From positions 1,551 through 65,550 of the forward strand of contig CADCGZ010000010.1 in assembly GCA_902801025.1 (NCBI GenBank): 64,000 nt of DNA, given 5' to 3'. Numbering within the stretch: the first letter of the stretch is position 1; every line of letters starts with the position of its first letter. This DNA comes from an uncultured bacterium (lineage in GTDB: Bacteria > Verrucomicrobiota > Kiritimatiellia > RFP12 > UBA1067). Shown here piece after piece: positions 52,713 through 62,189 of this stretch. The position numbers were made by a program, and so were the translations under genes. The notes beneath the pieces were generated by a model. It was not told the origin of the DNA. It saw only the letters and a program-made list of their open reading frames with translations, and ran no database searches.

Positions 52713-54113
52713 ATGAAAAAAATCGCACTGCTGGCCTGCATGGCCGCGGCCATATCCGCTTCGGCGGAAATCCTCATCGGCAACGGTGACAGGATCGCCT
52801 TCCTCGGCGACTCGATCACCGCCAACGGAAACCGCCCGGCCGGATACGTGAACATGGTGATGAAGGGACTGGAGGTCGCAGGTGTAAAGGCCGAGAAGGT
52901 CCCTGCCGGCGTTTCCGGCCACAAGTCGAACGAGATGCTTGCGCGCCTCGACAAGGACGTCATCTCGAAGAACGTGAAGTGGATGACTTTCTCGTGCGGC
53001 GTGAACGACGTGTGGCACTTCGATTGGAACAAGGGCGTTTCGCTCGAGGACTACAAGCGCAACTGCTCCGAGATATTCGACAAGTGCGCGGCGGCCGGCA
53101 TCAAGGTCATCGTCCTCACCGCGACGATGATACGCGAGGACGCGTCCAACAAGCAGAACACGATGCTCGTCGGGTACAACGACTGGCTGCGTGCCGAGGC
53201 GAAGCGCCGCTCCCTGCCTCTCGCCGACCTCAACGCCGACATGCAGGCGGAGCTTGGGCGCATCCGCGCGGCGGACAAGACGCCCGGCAACAAGCTCACC
53301 GTCGACGGCGTGCACATGGCCTTCCCCGGCGACTGCATGATGGCGTGGGGCGTTTTGCGCGCGATGGGCGTCGACGAGTCGAAGAAGGTCGAGATATACG
53401 CCGCGTGGCGCAAGATGCCCGAGGCATGGAAGTACGAGCTAAAGCTGTCGGACGAGGAAAACGAACGCCTGCTCGAGGCCGGGATCTGCCCTGGAGACCT
53501 CGCGCGCCGCGCGCTTGACGCGATGGACGGATGGAAGAGCGTCAAGTGGCGCCGTTCCGCGTTCGAGGGCGGCGTCTGGAAGATGGGCGTCGACGGCGTG
53601 ATGACGGCGACGAAGGACGACGCGATCTGGTCCGACGCGAGCTACTCGAACTTCGAGCTCGACTTCGACTACAAGCTCGAAGCAGGCGCGAACTCTGGCG
53701 TCATCATATACGCCGAGGACACGAAGAACTGGATTCCGAACGCCATCGAGATCCAGCTCCTCGACGACAACCACGAGCGCTGGAAGAAGGACGCCCCTGA
53801 GCTCAAGAACGGCTCGCTCTACGGACATGTCGCGCCGACGGCGTTTCCTGCAAAGGGCGCGGGGCAGTGGAACCACATGACGATCAAGGCGGTCGGCCAG
53901 CAGATCACGGTCACCGTCAACGGCCAGGTTGCGCTCGATTATTCACTTGCGAAGCTTACGGACGGCAAGGTCGCGCCAAGCGGCTTCAAGATCCCTGGCC
54001 ATCTGCCGCGTCCGTGGTCGACGATCCGCACGTCCGGCCCGATCGGCTTCCAGGGCATGCACGGCGGTGCGCTCCCGTACTTCCGCAATGTCCGCATTCG
54101 CAGCGTAAAGTAA
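52713..54113 (+). CDS. Exported SGNH/GDSL hydrolase fused to a DUF1080 (3-keto-disaccharide-hydrolase-like, LamG fold) domain
   Basis: SGNH blocks IAFLGDSITANG, GVNDVWH, DGVHMAFPGD. DUF1080-like blocks SYSNFELDFDYKLEAGANSGVIIY...IEIQLLDD...GPIGFQGMHG..YFRNVRI. Confidence 0.75.
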   Translation: MKKIALLACMAAAISASAEILIGNGDRIAFLGDSITANGNRPAGYVNMVMKGLEVAGVKAEKVPAGVSGHKSNEMLARLDKDVISKNVKWMTFSCGVNDVWHFDWNKGVSLEDYKRNCSEIFDKCAAAGIKVIVLTATMIREDASNKQNTMLVGYNDWLRAEAKRRSLPLADLNADMQAELGRIRAADKTPGNKLTVDGVHMAFPGDCMMAWGVLRAMGVDESKKVEIYAAWRKMPEAWKYELKLSDEENERLLEAGICPGDLARRALDAMDGWKSVKWRRSAFEGGVWKMGVDGVMTATKDDAIWSDASYSNFELDFDYKLEAGANSGVIIYAEDTKNWIPNAIEIQLLDDNHERWKKDAPELKNGSLYGHVAPTAFPAKGAGQWNHMTIKAVGQQITVTVNGQVALDYSLAKLTDGKVAPSGFKIPGHLPRPWSTIRTSGPIGFQGMHGGALPYFRNVRIRSVK

Positions 54114-54129
54114 TCCAAATTCCACCTCG

Positions 54130-54135
54130 TATAAT
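54130..54135 (+). promoter_or_regulatory. Possible -10 box (TATAAT) upstream of GH3-F
   Basis: TATAAT lies at 54130-54135, 21 nt before the ATG at 54157, with AAAGGAA in between. There is no TGn extension and no in-register direct repeats. Confidence 0.3.
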
Positions 54136-54156
54136 TCACATCAAAGGAACTAATAC

Positions 54157-56202
54157 ATGAAAAAGCAGGTTGTTCTTGCCGCGGCAGTCCTCGGAGCCGC
54201 CGCTGCGCAGGCCGTTCCCATCGCCGCCAGCCGCGCCGAGGCGCGCGCGAAGGCGGAGGCGCTCGTCAAGCAGCTGACCGGAGACGAGTGCGTCTCCGAG
54301 CTGATGATGGAGTCTAAGCCCGTAGACAGGCTCGGCATCCCGGCCTACCACTGGTGGAACGAGGCGTTGCACGGCGTCGCTCGCGCGGGTCTCGCGACGA
54401 TGTTCCCGCAGGCGATCGGCGCCGCTGCGACGTTCGATGCGGAGCTCGAGCAGAAGATGGCGGACGTGATCTCGACCGAGGCGCGCGCCAAGTACAACCT
54501 CTTCCGCGCAAAGGGCGCGAGGGAGATATACGAAGGCCTTACGCTCTGGAGCCCGAACGTCAACATGTTCCGCGATCCTCTGTGGGGCCGCGGACAGGAG
54601 ACGTTCGGCGAGGACCCGTATCTTTCCGGCGTGATGGGCTCGGCGTTCGTCAGGGGCATCCAGGGCGACGATCCGAAGTACCTCAAGGCCGCCGCGTGCG
54701 CGAAGCACTACGCCGTCCACTCCGGGCCTGAGAACCTGCGCCACAAGTTCAACGTCGATCTCGACGACCGCGATCTCTACGAGTACTACCTGCCTGCGTT
54801 CAAGGCGCTCGTCGCGGACGCGAAGGTCGAGAGCGTGATGGGCGCGTATTCGGCGGTCAACGGGATCCCGTGCTGCGCGAACAAGAGGCTCCTTACGGAC
54901 ATCCTGCGCGGCGAGTGGGGCTTCCAGGGCCATGTCGTGAGCGACGTCGGCGCGGTTGGCGACATTTCCAGCAACCACAAGTACAAGCCGAACTCCGTAG
55001 AGGGCAGCCTTGCGGCGATTGAGGCGGGGCTTGACCTCTGCAGCGAGGGAACCTACCACTGCCTGCGCAAGGAAGTCGAGGAGGGCCGCGTCAAGAAGGA
55101 GCAGCTCTACCGTCCGCTCGTCAACCTCTTCACGACGCGCTATCTCCTCGGCAACATCGGCGACGAGAAGACGCCGTGGGACAATCTCGGCGAGAAGGAC
55201 ATCGCAACTCCCGAACACCTTGCGCTTTCGCTCAAGGTCGCCGAGAAGTCGATGGTGCTCGTCAAGAACAACGGCATCCTGCCGCTCGATCCGTCAAAGA
55301 TCTCCAAGTACCACATCTTCGGGCGCGACAACAACGTCCGCGAGCTGCACGGCAACTACGAGGGCACGCCGACGGCGTACATCACCGGCAAGCTCGGCAT
55401 CAACATGGTCATCGGCAAGGGCGCGAAGCAGGAGAGGAACTCCGACGTCGCGTTCGCGTTCGTCGGCATCGAGCCTGGCGACGAGGGTGAAGACCACGAC
55501 CGCAAGAACACCGAGATCTACAGCCGCAACCTCGAGGATCTTCGCAAGAACCGCAAGGAGCGTCCGAACCAGAAGATCGTATCCATCGTCTACGGCGGAA
55601 GCGTCCTGGACCTCGTCGAGGTGACGGAGCTCTCCGACGCCGTGATCATGGCGTGGTATCCGGGCGAGCAGGGCGGTCTCGCGATCGCGCGCACGATCTT
55701 CGGCATGAACAATCCGGGCGGACGCCTTCCGCTCACCTACATGGAGAAGAACGGCGAGAAGGCGGACATCAAGGACTACAAGCTCCCCGGCCGCACCTAT
55801 CTCTACGCGGACAAGAAGCCGTTCTTCCCGTTTGGCTACGGTCTCAGCTACACGACGTTCGGCTATGACGGACTCAAGGTCGCCAAGGCGAAGAACGGCG
55901 TTACGGTGTCCGTCAAGGTGAAGAACACCGGCAAGGTGGCGGGCGACGAAGTTGCCCAGGTCTATGTCCGTTCCCCGAGGGGTTCCGGCGACCGCCGCGT
56001 CCACCACCTCGAGGGCTTCAAGCGCATTGCGCTCAAGCCTGGCGAGTCGAAGACTGTCTCGTTTTCGCTCAAGCCCGAGCAGCTGATGCAGTTCGGCATG
56101 GACGGAAAGCAGTCGCTCGCGAAGGGCGAGTACACGATCTTCGTCGGCGGCGGACAGCCAGGCTTCACCGACGGCGTCCTGAGCGCAAAACTCGATCTGT
56201 AA
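54157..56202 (+). CDS. Exported GH3 glycosidase, paralog F
   Basis: Blocks YHWWNEALHG, KHYAVHSGPE, GHVVSDVGAV, GDEVAQVYVRSPRGSGDRRVHHLEGF. Confidence 0.85.
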   Translation: MKKQVVLAAAVLGAAAAQAVPIAASRAEARAKAEALVKQLTGDECVSELMMESKPVDRLGIPAYHWWNEALHGVARAGLATMFPQAIGAAATFDAELEQKMADVISTEARAKYNLFRAKGAREIYEGLTLWSPNVNMFRDPLWGRGQETFGEDPYLSGVMGSAFVRGIQGDDPKYLKAAACAKHYAVHSGPENLRHKFNVDLDDRDLYEYYLPAFKALVADAKVESVMGAYSAVNGIPCCANKRLLTDILRGEWGFQGHVVSDVGAVGDISSNHKYKPNSVEGSLAAIEAGLDLCSEGTYHCLRKEVEEGRVKKEQLYRPLVNLFTTRYLLGNIGDEKTPWDNLGEKDIATPEHLALSLKVAEKSMVLVKNNGILPLDPSKISKYHIFGRDNNVRELHGNYEGTPTAYITGKLGINMVIGKGAKQERNSDVAFAFVGIEPGDEGEDHDRKNTEIYSRNLEDLRKNRKERPNQKIVSIVYGGSVLDLVEVTELSDAVIMAWYPGEQGGLAIARTIFGMNNPGGRLPLTYMEKNGEKADIKDYKLPGRTYLYADKKPFFPFGYGLSYTTFGYDGLKVAKAKNGVTVSVKVKNTGKVAGDEVAQVYVRSPRGSGDRRVHHLEGFKRIALKPGESKTVSFSLKPEQLMQFGMDGKQSLAKGEYTIFVGGGQPGFTDGVLSAKLDL

Positions 56203-56214
56203 ACTAACTTTTAC

Positions 56215-57639
56215 ATGGTCATGAAAATAGCAACATTGGCAGGAAGTTTGCTTTCCGTCGGCTGCGCCGTTGCGGCGCAGGGCGCCGAATTCAGGACGAC
56301 GACATTCGCCGAGCGCTGGCGCGACGCCTCGGCGAATGTGGAGCCGGCGAAGGCATCGGACGCCGACCTCAGGCTTGACCTCGCGGCGACGGACCAGACG
56401 GTGCTCGGGTTCGGCGTGTGCGCGAGCGAGCTCAGCTGGAATTCCCTCTCCGCGCTGGGCGAGACGGATCGGAAGTCGATTCTCGACGAGATGTTCTCGA
56501 AGAACGGGGGCGCGTTTTCGGTTATCCGCACGCCAATCGGTGCGAGCGACTTCGCGACGGACTTCTATTCCTACTCCGAGACGCCCGGCGACTTCGCGAT
56601 GGAGAAGTTTTCCATAGAGCGCGACCGCAAGGCGCTGCTGCCGCTCCTGAAGGAAATTCTTTCGCGAGACGACGGAACGTTCAAGGTGTGGGCCTCGCCG
56701 TGGTGTCCGCCGCTCTGGATGAAGAAGTCCGGCGCATACGCATCGAAGCCGCAGACAGACCCCACATGGCCGAAGAACGACTGCTTGCCCGAACAGCGCG
56801 TGCGCGAGGGTGAAGACGGCTTTCTCTGCGACTACGCGCACTTCGCGGCGTATGCGAAGTACTTCAGGAAGTACGTCGACGCATACCGCGCAGAGGGAGT
56901 CCCGGTTTGGATGGTGATGCCGCAGAACGAGTTCAACAGCGACCAGGTGTTCCCGAGCTGCACGTGGCAGGCGAAGTCGCTTGCGGCGTTCGTCGGGAAG
57001 TACCTCGGTCCTGCGCTCGAGGGAAGCGGCACGGAGCTCTACTTCGGCACGATGGAGCGTCCGTCGCTCGAAATGGCGCGTACCATCCTCGACGACCCCG
57101 ACTGCCGCAGGTACGTGAAAGGCGCGGGTTTCCAGTGGGCCGGCAAGGGCGCGATAGGCAAGGTGCGCGAGCGCTATCCCGATCTTGTCCTCGTGCAGAC
57201 GGAGCAGGAATGCGGCGACGGACGCAACGACTGGCGCAACGCGCGCCATTCGTGGGAGCTGATGAGGCACTACTTCCGCTGCGGTGTCTCCTACTACTGC
57301 TACTGGAATCTTTCGCTCGTTGACAACGCGATGAGTCGATGGGGCTGGAGGCAGAACTCGCTCGTGAGCGTCGTGCCTGCAAAACGCTCCTTCGCGTACA
57401 ACGTCGAGTACCATGTGCTAAAGCAGCTGAGCCACTACGTCGGGCGCGGCGCGCACAGGCTTAAGACGGCGGATGGCGACTGGCTGGCGTTCATCAATCC
57501 CGACGGATCGGTCGTCGTCGCGTTCGGTAACGCCGGGCCTGCCCGCAATGCGACGGTCGCAATCGGCGGCGCGGCGTGGAAGGTTCCGCTTCCGGCGGAC
57601 TCCGTCTCGACGCTCGTCCTACGCCCGGACAGGCGGTGA
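56215..57639 (+). CDS. Exported GH30 glycosidase (glucosylceramidase / beta-1,6-glucanase type)
   Basis: Blocks VLGFGVCASE, IRTPIGASDF, VWASPWCPPLWMK, LVQTEQECG. An alternative start is at 56221. Confidence 0.75.
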   Translation: MVMKIATLAGSLLSVGCAVAAQGAEFRTTTFAERWRDASANVEPAKASDADLRLDLAATDQTVLGFGVCASELSWNSLSALGETDRKSILDEMFSKNGGAFSVIRTPIGASDFATDFYSYSETPGDFAMEKFSIERDRKALLPLLKEILSRDDGTFKVWASPWCPPLWMKKSGAYASKPQTDPTWPKNDCLPEQRVREGEDGFLCDYAHFAAYAKYFRKYVDAYRAEGVPVWMVMPQNEFNSDQVFPSCTWQAKSLAAFVGKYLGPALEGSGTELYFGTMERPSLEMARTILDDPDCRRYVKGAGFQWAGKGAIGKVRERYPDLVLVQTEQECGDGRNDWRNARHSWELMRHYFRCGVSYYCYWNLSLVDNAMSRWGWRQNSLVSVVPAKRSFAYNVEYHVLKQLSHYVGRGAHRLKTADGDWLAFINPDGSVVVAFGNAGPARNATVAIGGAAWKVPLPADSVSTLVLRPDRR

Positions 57640-57704
57640 CCTCCTTGGACCAGGTATCGTTAAAGTAGCATAGTCGCACAATTTAAATTCTGAAAGTTAA
57701 ACAC

Positions 57705-59144
57705 ATGAACATCTATCATCTTGTTACTGCTGCGGTGATTGCCGCAGCAGGGGTTAGAGTGGCTTGCGCGGAGGCGGGCTCCGTAGACCAGCCTTCGGCG
57801 CCAAAGACATACTGCAATCCGATGCCGCTGCCGGGGATTCCGGTTAACAGCGGCTGCCGCAACGGCAAGCCGAGCCGCACGCCGGGCTCGTCCTATCGCG
57901 AGATCGCCGATCCGTCGTTCCTCTATGACAACGGGACGCTCTACCTCTACCCCTCGATGGGCATGGCTTGGAAGTCGAAGGACTGCGGCGCGACATGGGA
58001 GCAGATCGACGTCGGCGTCTACGACCTCGGCTACGCGCCGACGGCGGTGAAGCATCGCGGCAAGTACTACCTCACGACTGGTGGGTCGCAGCTTCACGTC
58101 GCCGACTCGCCGGAGGGTCCGTTCAAGCCTATAGGCCGCATCGCGCGACCCAAGGTCGACGGGAAGGAGATGTCGTACGACGACCCGATGCTGTTCTCGG
58201 ACGATGACGAGCGGCTCTACGTCTACTTCGGCTGCTCCCCGCGCGGCGGCATCTGGGGAATCGAGCTTGACTCCAAGAATCCCCTCGCCTTCATCGGCGA
58301 GCCGAAGCAGCTCATCAAGTTCGAGCCGGAGGAGCATCCGTGGGAGTGCAAGCCCAACCGCCTTGACGAGGCATGGATGGAGGGTTCGTGGCTGACCAAG
58401 ATCAACGGACGCTACTGTCTCGTCTTCTCCGCCTCAGGCACCGAGAACGACACGTACGCGATGGGCGCGGCGTGGAGCGACAGTCCGCTCGGTCCGTTCG
58501 TCAAGCAGCGGAACAATCCGTTCCTGCGCTCGACGACGGGCGTGGTGCGCGGCACTTCGCACGGCAGCATCATCCCGCATCCGATCGCGAAGGACCGCTT
58601 CATGGTCGCCTACAGCATCCTTGTAGGCAACCGCGGCAACTTCGAGCGACTGGTCGGCTTCGACAACCTGCGGCTGGACGCGAACGGCGAGTTCGAGGTC
58701 TCCGAGCCGACCGAGACGCCGCAGTACGCCGACGGTTCCGGCGCGGTGCCGTGGTACCGTCTGCCGTTCACGAACCCGTCTCGTCCTGAGGCGACGGACC
58801 AGAACCTGAAAACTTGGTCGCCGATATACGAATACGGCGCGGAGCCAGTCTTCAAAGCCCCGTATTCTGGCGTCATCCGCGCCGTGCGCATCTGCTGGGC
58901 CGACCTCGGAATGGACTATGCCAACGGCGCCGTTCCGGGTCCGTACAAGTATCTCATCCAGTACCGTTTCAACGGCAAGGACGGATGGAAGACGCTCGTC
59001 GACCGCCGCGACAACGAGAAGGACCTCTACATCGACTACATCGAGACGCCCCGCGTGCGTGCGGACGAGATACGCATCAAGGTCTTCGGCGCACCGAAGG
59101 GCATCACGCCGGCCATTTCCGACATTTCCGTATTCGTTGAATAA
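57705..59144 (+). CDS. Exported GH43 glycosidase with C-terminal discoidin-like domain
   Basis: Blocks IADPSFLYDNGTLYLY, YAPTAVKHRGKYYL, DDPMLFSDDDERLYVYFG, WMEGSWLTKINGRYCLVFSA. C-terminal block YLIQYRFNGKDGWKTLVD...ISDISVFV. Confidence 0.8.
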   Translation: MNIYHLVTAAVIAAAGVRVACAEAGSVDQPSAPKTYCNPMPLPGIPVNSGCRNGKPSRTPGSSYREIADPSFLYDNGTLYLYPSMGMAWKSKDCGATWEQIDVGVYDLGYAPTAVKHRGKYYLTTGGSQLHVADSPEGPFKPIGRIARPKVDGKEMSYDDPMLFSDDDERLYVYFGCSPRGGIWGIELDSKNPLAFIGEPKQLIKFEPEEHPWECKPNRLDEAWMEGSWLTKINGRYCLVFSASGTENDTYAMGAAWSDSPLGPFVKQRNNPFLRSTTGVVRGTSHGSIIPHPIAKDRFMVAYSILVGNRGNFERLVGFDNLRLDANGEFEVSEPTETPQYADGSGAVPWYRLPFTNPSRPEATDQNLKTWSPIYEYGAEPVFKAPYSGVIRAVRICWADLGMDYANGAVPGPYKYLIQYRFNGKDGWKTLVDRRDNEKDLYIDYIETPRVRADEIRIKVFGAPKGITPAISDISVFVE

Positions 59145-59176
59145 GCAAGTTGAACTATGAGCATCAGGTCAAGCTT

Positions 59177-59195
59177 GGCGGCGCTGTTCGCCGCC
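59177..59195 (+). terminator. Hairpin after the GH43 gene (possible weak terminator)
   Basis: GGCGGCG-ctgtt-CGCCGCC gives a 7-bp stem. The T-rich run starts only ~15 nt downstream, so its function is uncertain. Confidence 0.3.
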
Positions 59196-59216
59196 ATACT
59201 GCGTCCTCTTTGTTTT

Positions 59217-59225
59217 TGTTACAAT
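59217..59225 (+). promoter_or_regulatory. Extended -10 promoter (TGTTACAAT) upstream of the GH95 gene
   Basis: TGTTACAAT lies at 59217-59225. A ~45-nt leader with SD AAGGGAG (59264-59270) precedes the ATG at 59277. No direct-repeat operator is in register. Confidence 0.4.
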
Positions 59226-59276
59226 GTCTTACGTGGGATGTGAGAAGGCCCACACAAGTAATTAAGGGAGTACACA

Positions 59277-62144
59277 ATGAGAAATCCGTTGGTTGCCTTG
59301 TCTGCGGTCGTATTTGCGGCAATCGTTGCTGCGGCTGCGTTGCCGACGTTCGCGGACGGGCTGCCCGTTAATCCTGAACTGCCGGTTTCGTTCGGCGTCA
59401 ACTCTCGCGGAGGCGACAGGCTGAAGGGCGAGTTCCTCGACGCCGCCGTATATTCGACCGTGCTCACGCCCAAGACGATCGAGGCGGCGGCAAGGGGCGT
59501 GAAGCCGTCCGTGAAGCCGCTTTGGTCCGGCGTCCCCAAGGCGGGCGACAAGTGCGAGGAGGTGCGCACGGCGAAGTTCCCGCGCGGGTTCACGTTCCTC
59601 GCGACGATCCGCACCGCAGGCGTCGAGACGGCGAGGCTCCTCGACAACGAGGTGCCGGGCAAGGGCGAGGGGTGGATCATCGACCTCATCCAGAACAGGC
59701 TGAGAGTCGTCATACAGGGCGGCAACACGCAGTTCTTCGACGCGCCCATCCCGGCCGACAAGCCTGTGCACGTTGCGGTCACGTACCCCGGAAGCGGAGA
59801 CGAGTACGGCATCTTCGTCGAGGGCAAGCGGCACCGTCCGCTGCCGCCGCCTGCCCTCAAGCCGGCGAGGAAGGGGATGGAGCTGTTCGCGGACCGTCCG
59901 GCGAAGGTGTGGACCGAGGCGTATCCGATCGGCAACGGACGGCTCGGCGGCATGATCTACGGCGGGGACGCGAAGGAGCTGATACCGATCAACGAGGACA
60001 CCATCTGGTCCGGCGGCCCCGGCCAGAACGTTACCGAGGGCATAGGTCCCGACTCGTTCGCCAAGGTCCGGGAGGCGATCTTCGCCGGCGAATACCAGGC
60101 GGAGAAGGAGATCCTGCCGAAGGGCTACCGCGGTTCAAGCGCGTACGAGTACTTCGGCAAGCTCGAGATCGACTTCGGCGACGAAGCGGAGACGGAGGAG
60201 TACGAGCGCACTCTTTCGCTTGACTCGGCGGTTGCGCGCGTGGAGCTCACGCGCGGCGGGGTGAAGTACATCCGCGAGGCGTTCGCGAGCTTCACCGACG
60301 ACGTCATTGTCTGGAGGGTTGCGGCGTCCGAGAAGGGCGCGGTCTCCTTCAAGGCCCGCATACTTCCGCCGTGGAAGGACCGAGCCGTCGTTTCCGAAGG
60401 GAACGACTCGATCGTATACCGCGACAAGACCGAGGGCAAGGGTGTGTTGAAGTTCGAGGGCATAGTGAAGGGCGTAGCGAAGGGCGGACGCATGTCCTCG
60501 GAGGGCGGCGTGCTCACTGTCGAGAACGCGGACGACGTAATCCTCTATATCTCGGTCGGCACGAACTTCAGGAACTTCCGCGACCTTTCCGGCGACGCGC
60601 GCGCAAAGGCGCTCGGCAAGCTCGCTGCCGCGATGAAGAAGCCATACGCCAAGGCGAAGGCGGACCATGTCGCGTTCTACAAGGGACAGGCCGACCGCTG
60701 CACGCTCTACCTCGGACGCGATCCGAGTCCGGGGAAGACGACGTTCGAGCGTCTTCAGGGCTTCGCCGAAACAGGCGATCCCTACCTTGCGGCGCTGTAC
60801 TTCCGCTTCGGACGCTACCTTCTCATCTCCGGCTCGCAGCCGGGAACGCAGCCGCTCAACCTTCAGGGAATCTGGAACGACAGCCGCTGGCCGCCGTGGG
60901 CGGGCAACTACACCGTGAACATCAACACGGAGATGAACTACTGGCCGGCGGAGCCAACGGGCCTCGGCGATCTCGCGGAGCCCATCTGGAAGATGTGCGA
61001 CGAGCTCGCCATCACAGGCGCCGAGGCCGCGCGCGACGTCTACGGCGCGAAGGGCTGGGTGACGCACCACAACACCGACATCTGGCGCATTGCATGGCCG
61101 GCTGGTCCGCGCGGATGCGGCACGTGGCCGTCGGGCGGCGCGTGGCTTTCGATGCACATCTGGTACCACTACCTCTACACGCTCGACAAGGCGTTTCTCG
61201 CCAAGCACTACGAGACGCTCAAGGGCGCGGCGGAGTTCTACCTCTCGTACATGGTGAAGGATCCTGTCAGCGGTAAGATGACCGTCGTGCCGTCGTGCAG
61301 CCCCGAGAACGGAATCCCCGGACTCGGCACGGACCACGGCCCCGGCAACACGATGGACCATGCGATCGCGCGCGACATAGTCAACGTCGTCGCCGATGCG
61401 ACCGAGATACTCGGCAAGGACAAGTCGTACGCGAAGAAGCTGCGCGCGTTCGCGGCCGAGATCGAGCCGTACCACGTAGGCAAGTGGGGTCAGCTGCAGG
61501 AGTGGAGCCGAGACTGGGACAATCCGCGCGACACACACCGCCACACCTCGCACCTCTACGGACTCTACCCCTCGTCCCAGATCACGAAGTCCGCGACCCC
61601 CGAGCTTTTCGAGGCGGCGAAGACGTCGGTCGAACACCGCGGCGACCGTTCGACGGGCTGGGCGATGGGCTGGCGCGTGTGCCTCTGGGCGCGCCTCCTC
61701 GACGGCAACCACGCCTACACGCTGCTGCGCAACCAGCTGACGCTTGTAGGCGAGAAGGGGACGGACTACGGCACGCCGGGATCGGGCGGAACGTATCCGA
61801 ACCTCTTCGACGCGCATCCTCCGTTCCAGATCGACGGCAACTACGGCTGCACGGCAGGCATCGCGGAGATGCTCATGCAGAGCCACGAGCGCACGAAGGA
61901 CGGGAAGGTGCTCATACGCCTTCTGCCCGCGCTTCCCGACGCGTGGCCCGACGGATGCGTGAAGGGCCTTCGCGCGCAGGGAGGGTATACCGTCGACATA
62001 ACCTGGATGCAGGGAAAGATCATCGACTACAAGGTGACTGGCGGCGATCCCAAGGGCTACTGTCTGGTCCTGACGGCGCAGATCGGCGACGCGGTGGACG
62101 AGGTGGCGAATAGTGTCCGCGGCGCTGCGCATTTTTCACGATGA
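59277..62144 (+). CDS. Exported LamG-like domain + GH95 alpha-L-fucosidase-type glycosidase
   Basis: Blocks YPIGNGRLGGMIYGG, NLQGIWND, TVNINTEMNYWPAE, HTSHLYGLYP, FDAHPPFQIDGNYG. The last codons overlap operator site d. Confidence 0.85.
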   Translation: MRNPLVALSAVVFAAIVAAAALPTFADGLPVNPELPVSFGVNSRGGDRLKGEFLDAAVYSTVLTPKTIEAAARGVKPSVKPLWSGVPKAGDKCEEVRTAKFPRGFTFLATIRTAGVETARLLDNEVPGKGEGWIIDLIQNRLRVVIQGGNTQFFDAPIPADKPVHVAVTYPGSGDEYGIFVEGKRHRPLPPPALKPARKGMELFADRPAKVWTEAYPIGNGRLGGMIYGGDAKELIPINEDTIWSGGPGQNVTEGIGPDSFAKVREAIFAGEYQAEKEILPKGYRGSSAYEYFGKLEIDFGDEAETEEYERTLSLDSAVARVELTRGGVKYIREAFASFTDDVIVWRVAASEKGAVSFKARILPPWKDRAVVSEGNDSIVYRDKTEGKGVLKFEGIVKGVAKGGRMSSEGGVLTVENADDVILYISVGTNFRNFRDLSGDARAKALGKLAAAMKKPYAKAKADHVAFYKGQADRCTLYLGRDPSPGKTTFERLQGFAETGDPYLAALYFRFGRYLLISGSQPGTQPLNLQGIWNDSRWPPWAGNYTVNINTEMNYWPAEPTGLGDLAEPIWKMCDELAITGAEAARDVYGAKGWVTHHNTDIWRIAWPAGPRGCGTWPSGGAWLSMHIWYHYLYTLDKAFLAKHYETLKGAAEFYLSYMVKDPVSGKMTVVPSCSPENGIPGLGTDHGPGNTMDHAIARDIVNVVADATEILGKDKSYAKKLRAFAAEIEPYHVGKWGQLQEWSRDWDNPRDTHRHTSHLYGLYPSSQITKSATPELFEAAKTSVEHRGDRSTGWAMGWRVCLWARLLDGNHAYTLLRNQLTLVGEKGTDYGTPGSGGTYPNLFDAHPPFQIDGNYGCTAGIAEMLMQSHERTKDGKVLIRLLPALPDAWPDGCVKGLRAQGGYTVDITWMQGKIIDYKVTGGDPKGYCLVLTAQIGDAVDEVANSVRGAAHFSR

Positions 62145-62189
62145 TTTTTGCGCGTTCCTCAAGTTGAGGAGACATAGTTTTGGTACAAT
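62127..62189 (+). promoter_or_regulatory. Direct-repeat operator + extended -10 promoter, site d (drives the LTD/PA14 gene)
   Basis: GCGCATTTTTCAC (62127-62139) and GCGCGTTCCTCAA (62150-62162), followed by N18 and TGGTACAAT (62181-62189). Confidence 0.55.

Noticed and set aside
54081-54124. Operator-like fragments (CCGCATTCGC, GCGTAAAG, TTCCAC) upstream of GH3-F.
   Set aside because: The pieces are not in the 23-nt phase and are not at the fixed 19-nt distance from a TGn-extended -10. They also lie inside the coding end of the upstream gene, so they are not counted as a sixth site.
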